Below, piece after piece: positions 40,628-48,521 of a DNA stretch of 64,000 nt. The stretch is from Chitinophagaceae bacterium. GTDB lineage: Bacteria; Bacteroidota; Bacteroidia; Chitinophagales; Chitinophagaceae. The stretch covers positions 15,800 through 79,799 of the forward strand of contig JAGKWS010000004.1 in the NCBI GenBank assembly GCA_021151685.1, given 5' to 3'. The notes beneath the pieces are model-generated. The model saw nothing but the letters and a program-made list of their open reading frames with translations. It was not told the origin of the DNA and searched no databases. Made by a program: the position numbers and the translations under genes. Position 1 is the stretch's first letter. Each line of letters starts with the position of its first letter.

Positions 40628-42097
40628 CTATTCTTTTATCAGCCTTGCCTGTAGTCTTTGTCCGGTTTGGCGGTCTTCCAGTGTTACCATGTACATGCCG
40701 GTTGGCAGGCCGGCGATGGGCAGTGTATTGCGGGTGGCATCGGCTGCTTGCCGCACCAGCATTTGCCCGTTCATGTTCCAGAGTGTGGCTACATAGTTAT
40801 GCCCTGCCAACCAATTGGTAGCAACAGACACAGTTTGTGTGGCCGGATTGGGGAATAATTGCAGCGTGCTGCTGCCTGTATGGGCTACTACAGGTGCCGA
40901 AACAGGGGTTGTATCGAGAAATGTCTCGTAATAATACACCGTGGTATAGTCGGGCGAAGACGAATAGGCAGTCCAGTTATACAGGAAGTTCCACATTGTA
41001 TCGGGATTATTGTTGCTGTTGTAGGTTACTGCATCTTTAGATATGGGTACCCATTTGTTCAGAATGCTATCCCACCCATCGTGATACACGGTATCGGGCC
41101 GGCTGCTTGCCAGGTGTTTTGTCATGCGGTATTGTGGCCACCATGTAGTGTGTATCTCATCGAACTGGTGCTGCCGCCATGCCGTATGAAAGGGTAGGCT
41201 ACCAGTATAGTCGAATGTGTCTTTTACATAGGGCGAAAGCGTGGTGCCGTCATGTATACTGGTAAATACCGATTTCAGGCGGTTGCTGGCATCGTAGGTG
41301 TTCACATACTTTGATTGCTGTACCAATGGTTGCAGGAAAGATGTGTCCGACACATTGGCCCAGTGGTCTATCTGTGTGAGGTTGCCGCCCGCATCGTAGG
41401 TATAATAGCTTTTGGCTACAATACGCCACACGCCCAGGTGTATCTCGTACATGCTATCGGCCTTTATGCGGTTGGCGGCATCGTAGGCAAAGAGCTGGAT
41501 GAAGGCACTATCCTCTACGCCGGCATTCAGGTTGAAGGTATAACCCTTGGCTATGTCTTTGGCAGCATTGTAGGTATTGCGATAGCGGCGGTTGTCGTTG
41601 GTGGCAGAGTCTACAAAAAGTTCTGTAAACTGTGTAAGGCTGTGGTTGGTATTATATACTGCAAAGCTGCCCTCGTACAACTGAAAAGCGGGCATCAGAA
41701 AGGGGTTTATTGTCCAGTGTATATACGTGTCATACTTTACCTGTGGTTCTGTAAACACACCTGCATATTCGAACATAGGAGTGGTGCTGTACGGATAGTT
41801 GTAGGCATACAGCATGTAGTTGTAGTCGAAGGCTGACTTACGCATACCAGAGTATCGTAACAGTACAGAGTCTGTATAGGTGCCGGTGGCATTGTCGGTG
41901 GTGCTTTGGGCTATTACCCTTTGGGTGGGTACACCAGCGGTGGTTTTTTGGGCCGCAGCCAATTGCCCGTTTTTTTGCAGCAATTGCGATAGCACTGCGG
42001 CATGGTGGGTCTTGGGCTTGGCAGGTTTGTGCTGTGCCCATGCACTGCCGGCGAGCAGCAGTGCCGATAGAAGGAGCCAACTGGCGGTTCTTTTCAT
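40628..42097 (-). CDS. Secreted protein with T9SS type A CTD and YD-like repeats
   Basis: True start MKRTASWLLLS at 42097 with signal peptide; YDAANR/YDAGGN/YDASNR repeats; CTD LFPNPAT...LWNMNGQ...GMYMV. Confidence 0.85.
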   Translation of the reverse strand: MKRTASWLLLSALLLAGSAWAQHKPAKPKTHHAAVLSQLLQKNGQLAAAQKTTAGVPTQRVIAQSTTDNATGTYTDSVLLRYSGMRKSAFDYNYMLYAYNYPYSTTPMFEYAGVFTEPQVKYDTYIHWTINPFLMPAFQLYEGSFAVYNTNHSLTQFTELFVDSATNDNRRYRNTYNAAKDIAKGYTFNLNAGVEDSAFIQLFAYDAANRIKADSMYEIHLGVWRIVAKSYYTYDAGGNLTQIDHWANVSDTSFLQPLVQQSKYVNTYDASNRLKSVFTSIHDGTTLSPYVKDTFDYTGSLPFHTAWRQHQFDEIHTTWWPQYRMTKHLASSRPDTVYHDGWDSILNKWVPISKDAVTYNSNNNPDTMWNFLYNWTAYSSSPDYTTVYYYETFLDTTPVSAPVVAHTGSSTLQLFPNPATQTVSVATNWLAGHNYVATLWNMNGQMLVRQAADATRNTLPIAGLPTGMYMVTLEDRQTGQRLQARLIKE

Positions 42098-42281
42098 GTT
42101 TCCCAAATGTTTTGAAGATGAAGCGTGCAGGCACGCTTTTTTGAAAGATACCGCTTTATTTTTGAAAAATGCAAAATTTTCTCCATAGAAAATATATAGG
42201 CTGCAATGTTTGGAAAATAAAAAATAGTCATGTATTTTGCTGTAAATGTGTGATAGAGCACACAGCCAAAAACCTAAACAT

Positions 42282-43379
42282 ATGGCAAGTTTTACATTGC
42301 GGATGAAGTCTGCACCAGTGTTGCAGTTATTGTCGGTAACCGCATTGGCGGCGGTTTTGTTATTCTCGTCCTCCTGCGGAAAACGAAGCTGCAACGATGC
42401 TGCGGAGGCACCCGCTGCCAATGCGCCGGTAGTTACAACGGCAAAGGCAGGCTTGCAGCAGACATTGTCATCGGTAGTAACGGTGGCAGGTATACGGCCT
42501 ATAGCAGGTAGTAGCGATGTGGAGGTGTTTTTCAACGAAAACACACAGTTCTTTAATGCTTCGGGCGAGGCATTGATAAACAGGGTAAAGGAGGCTTTGG
42601 AAACCGGCCGACCGTTGAAGATAGCATACAACCCATGGCAGGAAGTATTGGTAAGTGCCGCATGGGCAACCGATGCCGGCAACCAGCAGGCAAAAGCCCG
42701 TACCATAGTAGATGGCAGGGCAGGTATGCGTAAAATAGACCTGAGTACTATGACCAATGCGCAACTGGATGAACCATCGGCAATGGGGGTTATGAACACT
42801 ACCGACCCCGGCCTGAACAATGTGATACCAGACTTTGCTACGGCACAGCTTATGTTCGACTACATATGCCGCCAGTGTTGTGCATTGCCCGGCCCATATG
42901 CGGTAGACTACTGTATACCATTTCAGTATTGCAGAGATGGTTGCTATGCCCGTGCCCACAAAATGTGCTGGATTATTAACAACCGTTACAAATATGGCAC
43001 CAAAAAAATATTCAGCTTTGCCAATGCCGGTACCGACAAACTATGTGTACAAGGCCAGAAGTGGGGTGGGTGCTGCATACGCTGGTGGTACCACGTAGCC
43101 CCATTGGTTACCATAAAAACGCCTACCGGCCCTAAAGCCTATGTGTTCGACCCGGCTATGTTCAATCAGCCTGTATTATTGTCTACATGGCTGCATGCGC
43201 AGGAAAACCCGGCTTGTGCTACCTCATCAACTGTTGCACATGTAACCATGATTAACGTTCAGCCTAATTCGTCATACACACCGTCAGGCTCAACAGGCTA
43301 CGTTTTTGGTACAGACCCTGTATATAGCTCTACCAATACAACACTTATCAATTATTCGGCACTTACTACATGTCCATAA
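42282..43379 (+). CDS. Protein-glutamine glutaminase (protein deamidase) prepro-enzyme, lipoprotein
   Basis: Lipobox FSSSC; pro-domain; mature region VIPD...CI.FQY..DGCYARAHKM...CC..W.YHVA...FDP matches the Chryseobacterium protein-glutaminase pattern. Triad codons: Cys 42942, His 43092, Asp 43149. Confidence 0.88.
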   Translation: MASFTLRMKSAPVLQLLSVTALAAVLLFSSSCGKRSCNDAAEAPAANAPVVTTAKAGLQQTLSSVVTVAGIRPIAGSSDVEVFFNENTQFFNASGEALINRVKEALETGRPLKIAYNPWQEVLVSAAWATDAGNQQAKARTIVDGRAGMRKIDLSTMTNAQLDEPSAMGVMNTTDPGLNNVIPDFATAQLMFDYICRQCCALPGPYAVDYCIPFQYCRDGCYARAHKMCWIINNRYKYGTKKIFSFANAGTDKLCVQGQKWGGCCIRWWYHVAPLVTIKTPTGPKAYVFDPAMFNQPVLLSTWLHAQENPACATSSTVAHVTMINVQPNSSYTPSGSTGYVFGTDPVYSSTNTTLINYSALTTCP

Positions 43380-43399
43380 TACATTACGTTTATAAAAAA

Positions 43400-43738
43400 A
43401 TGATAAGCTCAGCAGTGCGTATATGCCTGCTGGGCTTTCTTCTTTTGGCAATAGCATTTGCACCTGCTTCGGCTATGGCAAAGAAGAAAAAGAAGAAGAA
43501 CACAGGGAAAGAACCGGTTGAGTATGCCCTTACGGTGGCACAGGTGCGCCCGGCACAGCCCGGCGACCAATATGCCGAGGTGACATTTCTGGAATCGGCC
43601 AGGTTTTATAGATTGCCCCGCAATGCCGACCCTGTTTATCTTGAATTGCTGAAAAAATCTCAGGAGCAGCACATACAGGTATTGGTGAAACGGGCCAATG
43701 AATACTCTGATGTAATACTCCGTGTTAGAAAAAAATGA
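43400..43738 (+). CDS. Small secreted protein resembling the protein-glutaminase pro-domain
   Basis: Signal peptide then TVAQVRP...AEVTFLESARFY...YLELLKKS, aligning with TVAGIRP...VEVFFNENTQFF...LINRVKEA in the upstream gene. Start at ATG 43400 (track 43370). Confidence 0.7.
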   Translation: MISSAVRICLLGFLLLAIAFAPASAMAKKKKKKNTGKEPVEYALTVAQVRPAQPGDQYAEVTFLESARFYRLPRNADPVYLELLKKSQEQHIQVLVKRANEYSDVILRVRKK

Positions 43739-44631
43739 TAACAAGACATAGCATACTACAAGCGGTGCATGTGTTGCTGCTGCTGTTATGGTCTGCTACG
43801 GCAGCTATAGCTGGTATAAAACGAATGAGCCTTGCGGCGGCTGTACAGGAAAAACTGGTACAGGTAGACGCTGTGAATGTAGCAGGTGCCTATCGGGGCA
43901 TTACTACCGAGGTGATTGTGTACAACACATCGAAAGAGGTGGTGCAGATAAAGATAGATATGGGCACCATTTTTGCGCCGGATAGTGGCCGGTACCAACC
44001 AATGGTATTGGTGAACGAAGAAATACTGATGGTGCAGGCAGGAAAAACAGGCCGCATAAAGGTGCAAACCTTCTGTGGCGCCGCTGCAAAGCACTGCCCG
44101 GCACGAGACCATCACTACCGCTGGCAATCGGTAATGCATGATACGTTGCTGCCTGTGCTGCGTTTCATCAAACAGAACAATTTGTTCGATGATTTGGGGC
44201 AATCGGCCATTTGGGCCATCACCAACGACAAAGGTGCCGAGCTCTCTGGTGTGTACGACTATGCCCGCCCCGAGCTGTCATTGCGTTTGCTGGCATTAGT
44301 GTGCAAGGCAGTAGGGAAGCCCATGCCCGACTACCATACGGTGCATGCCCCCATGCAGCAAATACCCGACCAGCCAGCCTATGTGCCCAAACCACTAAAG
44401 ATAATGGCCACGTTTCAGCAGATACTTACGGCCCCCAAAACACTGACATTGGGGGTGTATAACGACAAGGGGGAAATGATACAGAAGGTATTTGAGAATC
44501 AGGAGTTCCGAGCGGCTGGTCATGAGTTTGGGGTAGAGTTTGAAGCAGCCGATGTAACCGCAGGCACCTATGCCATCAGGCTTACAGAAGGCAGCACTAT
44601 ATTGCAGGAAAAGAAAGTGGTAGTGCCGTAA
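43735..44631 (+). CDS. Secreted hypothetical protein with thioester-domain-like motifs and CTD-like C-terminus
   Basis: ATGA overlap with previous gene; signal peptide; YQPMV, FC-x7-P, GQSAIWAIT; C-terminal TLGVYNDKGEMIQKV...AGTYAIRL. Confidence 0.65.
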   Translation: MITRHSILQAVHVLLLLLWSATAAIAGIKRMSLAAAVQEKLVQVDAVNVAGAYRGITTEVIVYNTSKEVVQIKIDMGTIFAPDSGRYQPMVLVNEEILMVQAGKTGRIKVQTFCGAAAKHCPARDHHYRWQSVMHDTLLPVLRFIKQNNLFDDLGQSAIWAITNDKGAELSGVYDYARPELSLRLLALVCKAVGKPMPDYHTVHAPMQQIPDQPAYVPKPLKIMATFQQILTAPKTLTLGVYNDKGEMIQKVFENQEFRAAGHEFGVEFEAADVTAGTYAIRLTEGSTILQEKKVVVP

Positions 44632-44652
44632 TGCCAACCTTCAACATACTAT

Positions 44653-44692
44653 ATACGTGTAAGGGGCTCCAATCGGTGCCCCTTACACGTAT
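44653..44692. terminator. Bidirectional terminator
   Basis: atacgtgtaagggg/ccccttacacgtat, 14-bp stem between convergent operons. Confidence 0.85.
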
Positions 44693-44707
44693 TATTTTAC
44701 AGGTTGT

Positions 44708-45070
44708 TTAGTATTGTCCGGTGCCCAGCATTACCAGTGTGCAGGCTTCTATGGTTTGTATACCATTGGTTTCGGCTATTTGTTCCAATTCTTCGTTTTC
44801 GGTGCCGGGGTTAAAGATGATTCTCCTCGGTTTCAGCGACAGAATATAGTTGTAATAGGCCTTTTGATGGTCGGGGTTCAGGTATAGCGTTACCGTATCT
44901 ACCTCCTCGGTTTGGGGTGGGGTAGTTTCTATGGTCATACCATTTACCACCGCAGCCTTGCGGCCTACAGCTACTACGGCATGCCCCTTGCGTTGCAATG
45001 TGAGCATAGCCATATTGGCATAGCGGCTTGGGTTGTCTGATGCGCCCAGTACCAGTGTTTTGTTCTTCAT
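44708..45070 (-). CDS. CoA-binding domain protein (YccU-like)
   Basis: TLVLGASDNPSRY, VDTVTLYLNP, IIFNPGTEN, EACTLVML. Confidence 0.88.
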   Translation of the reverse strand: MKNKTLVLGASDNPSRYANMAMLTLQRKGHAVVAVGRKAAVVNGMTIETTPPQTEEVDTVTLYLNPDHQKAYYNYILSLKPRRIIFNPGTENEELEQIAETNGIQTIEACTLVMLGTGQY

Positions 45071-45123
45071 TGTATGCAAGTTCTGTTATTACCCAAAGTT
45101 ACCCAATGGTTGCCCACCAGCCA

Positions 45124-45900
45124 TTATAGCGACATAGCCACCATTTCGGCAATATCCAGCACCTTTACGCTGTCTTCTTTTTCTTTGTTCTTTACCCCAT
45201 CTGTGAGCATGGTAGTACAGAACGGGCAGTTGGCTGCTATGATGGTAGCACCCGTATCCAGTGCTTCCTCGGCACGGTCGAAGTTGACACGGGTAGTACC
45301 CGCTTCCTCTTCCTTAAACATCTGTGCCCCACCAGCACCACAGCACATACCATTGGTACGGCAGCGTTTCATCTCTACCAGTTCGGTATCGAATGCGGCC
45401 AGTACCTCGCGTGGTGCTTCATAAATGCCATTGCCACGGCCCAGATAGCAGCTATCGTGATAGGTGATGCGCTTGCCCTTAAAGGCACCGCCACCCTTCA
45501 ACACTATTTTGCCTTCGTTGATGAGTTGTTGCAAAAACGTAGTGTGGTGCATTACCTCGTAGGTGCCGCCCAGCTTGGGGTACTCGTTTTTGAAGACGTT
45601 AAAGCAGTGTGGACATATCGTTACCACCTTTTTGATGCCATAGGCATTCATGGTGTTGATGTTTTGATAGGCCATCATCTGAAACAGGAACTCGTTACCC
45701 GCCCTGCGTGCAGGGTCGCCGGTACAGGCTTCTTCCTTGCCCAGTATGGCAAATTTGATGCCTACCTTATCCAAAATTTGTACAAAGGCTTTGGTAATAC
45801 GTTGTGCCCGCTGGTCGAAAGAACCGGCACAGCCCACCCAAAACAACACCTCTGGTACTTCTCCGTTAGCGGCGTATTCCGCCATGCTTTTTACTTGCAT
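45124..45900 (-). CDS. (Fe-S)-binding protein, CCG domains (C-terminal half of FadF/HdrD-like complex)
   Basis: FWVGCAGSFD, EACTGD, TICPHC, YHDSCYLGR, CCGAGG, NCPFC. Confidence 0.9.
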   Translation of the reverse strand: MQVKSMAEYAANGEVPEVLFWVGCAGSFDQRAQRITKAFVQILDKVGIKFAILGKEEACTGDPARRAGNEFLFQMMAYQNINTMNAYGIKKVVTICPHCFNVFKNEYPKLGGTYEVMHHTTFLQQLINEGKIVLKGGGAFKGKRITYHDSCYLGRGNGIYEAPREVLAAFDTELVEMKRCRTNGMCCGAGGAQMFKEEEAGTTRVNFDRAEEALDTGATIIAANCPFCTTMLTDGVKNKEKEDSVKVLDIAEMVAMSL

Positions 45901-45913
45901 ATTGTTTCATTTT

Positions 45914-47908
45914 CTATTTTGCACCCAATAATTTTTGATGCCACTTGATATTCTTCAAGCGAGATATTTCGGCTTGTAATTCAGAAATAGTTACTTCCTG
46001 TTTACTAATTATAGCTACGTTTTTTTTATTCTCTGACATCAACTTGTTGTTGATTTCTCTTTCTTTATGCAAAACAAACTCAATGTCTTTTATTTTACTC
46101 CGTAGATCTGAGTTGTCGTTTGTAACCGTCTCAATTTTGGTGTGCAGTTCTTTGTTTTGTTGCTTTTTTTCTGCATCTAAACTATTGAGTTGATGTTGCA
46201 GAAGTACCACTGCTTTATTTGTTTTCCTTAGTTTTTCTTCAATCTGAGTATTTGCAGCCCGCAAATTAAGATTGGTACTTTGAATTGAGTTGATTTCTTT
46301 ATTTAGTGCTGCACTTTCTTTTAATAATATTTGAAAAGAAGGGCTGTTAGTAACAATTCTATGTGCAAAGACAATGAAAAATCTTCTGAATGTATCAGTT
46401 TCAACATCGTTCCTGTATTTGATAGCGAGGCAAAGATTTTGATAAGCAGATGCGAAATCTCTTGAACGAATATCCTCACGGGTTTTTCTGTAGTAAAAAT
46501 CAGCCTTACCGGAATTTAGTTCTTGTACAATGAGTGTCTCGGGTATTTCATTTTCTGCAAATTGCAATACTGCCGGGGAGGTCTTTATCACATGGGCATC
46601 GATAGGTGCTTTGAGGTATAAGCCATTAAATGATGTACATCGGCTTAGTGCAACATATACTTGTCCTGGTGCAAATGCAGCTCCTATGTCTACTACAACA
46701 TTGTCAAATGTCAATCCTTGGCTTTTGTGAATTGTAACTGCCCATGCGAGTTTGAGTGGAAGCTGTGTAAATTCTCCGATAACCTCTTCGACAACCTTAT
46801 TTTCTTTATTATTCCATGTGTAGCGTACATTCTGCCAAGAATCTGGCTTTACTTGATGGCGGAGTATTGTCCCTTTTTGAACATTGTATTCGACAGTTAC
46901 GACTTCTTCTTCAATCGAGATGACTTTACCAATAGTGCCGTTGAATATTCTGTTGTTTTTGTAGTTTTTGATAAACATGACTTGCGCACCCACTTTCAAT
47001 TGTAATTCCATTAATGTGGGTAATCTGTCTGTTGGGAATATACCGGAAATACTTCCTTTAAAAATATTTAGCGGTTCCTTTAGTGCTGCAAGCTTTGAAG
47101 AATTTGTTGCGTCAACAATCAAAGTATGGGTTGCAAGCGTTATGTAGTTACGATTTTGGTTATCTTCAGGGACAGGAGCGCATCTGTTGTTCAATACTGT
47201 AATATCAGATGGAGACAAGTGATTTACTCGAATTCTATTTAGAAGTTCAATAAATTCCAGTTCAGTTTGTCTGTATATCTTTTTTAATTCTATGTAGAAT
47301 GGTTTATTTTCGGTTAATACTCTCGAGCTAAAAAAATAAGGGCTCTCGTAAAATGGGCGAAGGATTTCCCATTCTTCTTGTTCAGCTACCGGAGATAATT
47401 GAAATGCGTCACCGATTAATATTGTCTGTACTCCGCCAAAAGGTTCATGAATTTTACTACGGTACACTCTCAAAATTCTATCGACTACGTCAAGTAGGTC
47501 ACAACGTACCATTGATACTTCATCGATAACAAGTAGGTCTAAGTTTTTTATTGATTGCTTACGTGACCAGTCTAATTGAATGTGGTCATAAATTGTTGTT
47601 TTGTCGGGATCGTCAAATGGAACTCTCTGGCGAAGTCGCTTGTCAAAAGGAACATACACACTTGGCTTAATTTTAAAGAAGGAATGGATGGTTTGCCCTC
47701 CTGCATTAATAGCGGCAATGCCTGTCGGAGCTACAATAACACTATTTTTTTTCAGAGTCTGTTTTACATACTTTAGGAATGTTGTCTTACCAGTGCCTGC
47801 TTTTCCTGTTAAATATATTATACGTTGACCATGAATTAGTGCGTCCAAAGCATACTTAAATTCCACATTGGACTCGTCTAATTCAATATCATCTACATAC
47901 TCAGGCAT
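45914..47908 (-). CDS. Pif1/RecD-like SF1B helicase with C-terminal coiled coil
   Basis: LTGKAGTGKT, APTGIAA, TIHSFF, IDEVSM, GDAFQL, YRQ, LAWAVTIHKSQGLT, YVALSR; heptad-rich tail. Confidence 0.9.
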   Translation of the reverse strand: MPEYVDDIELDESNVEFKYALDALIHGQRIIYLTGKAGTGKTTFLKYVKQTLKKNSVIVAPTGIAAINAGGQTIHSFFKIKPSVYVPFDKRLRQRVPFDDPDKTTIYDHIQLDWSRKQSIKNLDLLVIDEVSMVRCDLLDVVDRILRVYRSKIHEPFGGVQTILIGDAFQLSPVAEQEEWEILRPFYESPYFFSSRVLTENKPFYIELKKIYRQTELEFIELLNRIRVNHLSPSDITVLNNRCAPVPEDNQNRNYITLATHTLIVDATNSSKLAALKEPLNIFKGSISGIFPTDRLPTLMELQLKVGAQVMFIKNYKNNRIFNGTIGKVISIEEEVVTVEYNVQKGTILRHQVKPDSWQNVRYTWNNKENKVVEEVIGEFTQLPLKLAWAVTIHKSQGLTFDNVVVDIGAAFAPGQVYVALSRCTSFNGLYLKAPIDAHVIKTSPAVLQFAENEIPETLIVQELNSGKADFYYRKTREDIRSRDFASAYQNLCLAIKYRNDVETDTFRRFFIVFAHRIVTNSPSFQILLKESAALNKEINSIQSTNLNLRAANTQIEEKLRKTNKAVVLLQHQLNSLDAEKKQQNKELHTKIETVTNDNSDLRSKIKDIEFVLHKEREINNKLMSENKKNVAIISKQEVTISELQAEISRLKNIKWHQKLLGAK

Positions 47909-48025
47909 ACTGTTACATTTTCATAGATTGCGACTACATATTACAGGTTTTACAAACGATAGTATGTGCCGACATTAGCGATAATTTTTTGAGGAGTACT
48001 TTTGTCATGATACCTTTAGGAAAAA

Positions 48026-48247
48026 CTACGCATACATGAGTTTTCCTTTAGGGTTCGGTATAGGTCTACCTAAAGCGATTGCTGTTTCAATCCATTCAGC
48101 CATTATTACCTGCACATTGTCGATAGCTTCATTGTATGTTTTTCCATCAGCCATGCAGCCCGGAAGTTCTGGTACCTCTGCTATAAAAGTTTCATCATCA
48201 TTACTCCAGTATATTATTACCTCATATTTATTCAGATTCTGACTCAT
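48026..48247 (-). CDS. hicB: HicB-family antitoxin (short form, no DNA-binding domain)
   Basis: YEVIIYWS..D..FIAEVPELPGCMADG.T..EA...WIE....G..IP.P. Confidence 0.88.
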   Translation of the reverse strand: MSQNLNKYEVIIYWSNDDETFIAEVPELPGCMADGKTYNEAIDNVQVIMAEWIETAIALGRPIPNPKGKLMYA

Positions 48248-48497
48248 CGCTCCATAGTTTATATCTGATGATTAATTCTCTAACTTGTTTTACCTGATAT
48301 GGTTTTGCCTTGTTATTAAGCGGCTGAATATTGATTATTTCTGCTATGTCAGGTCTGGTGAATATGTGATGACTGGTTCCGTTTACCCTCAATTGAAATC
48401 CGAATGACGATAACAACTTTACTAAATCATCAAAATGAAAGTTTTTATCCGATTGTCCAGATAATAGTTTCAGAACCAGTTTCTCAAATTTACTCAT
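48228..48497 (-). CDS. hicA: HicA-family toxin
   Basis: F.DL..LL..FGF..R..GTSHHIF...INIQP...AKPYQVKQV; overlaps hicB start. Confidence 0.85.
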   Translation of the reverse strand: MSKFEKLVLKLLSGQSDKNFHFDDLVKLLSSFGFQLRVNGTSHHIFTRPDIAEIINIQPLNNKAKPYQVKQVRELIIRYKLWSDESESE

Positions 48498-48521
48498 AAA
48501 TACAGTATAACCCTATCTCTA

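Noticed and set aside
42098-42820. 241-aa N-terminal extension of track ORF 40628..42820
   Set aside because: Overlaps the glutaminase on the opposite strand and the divergent promoter; a clean signal peptide starts at ATG 42097.
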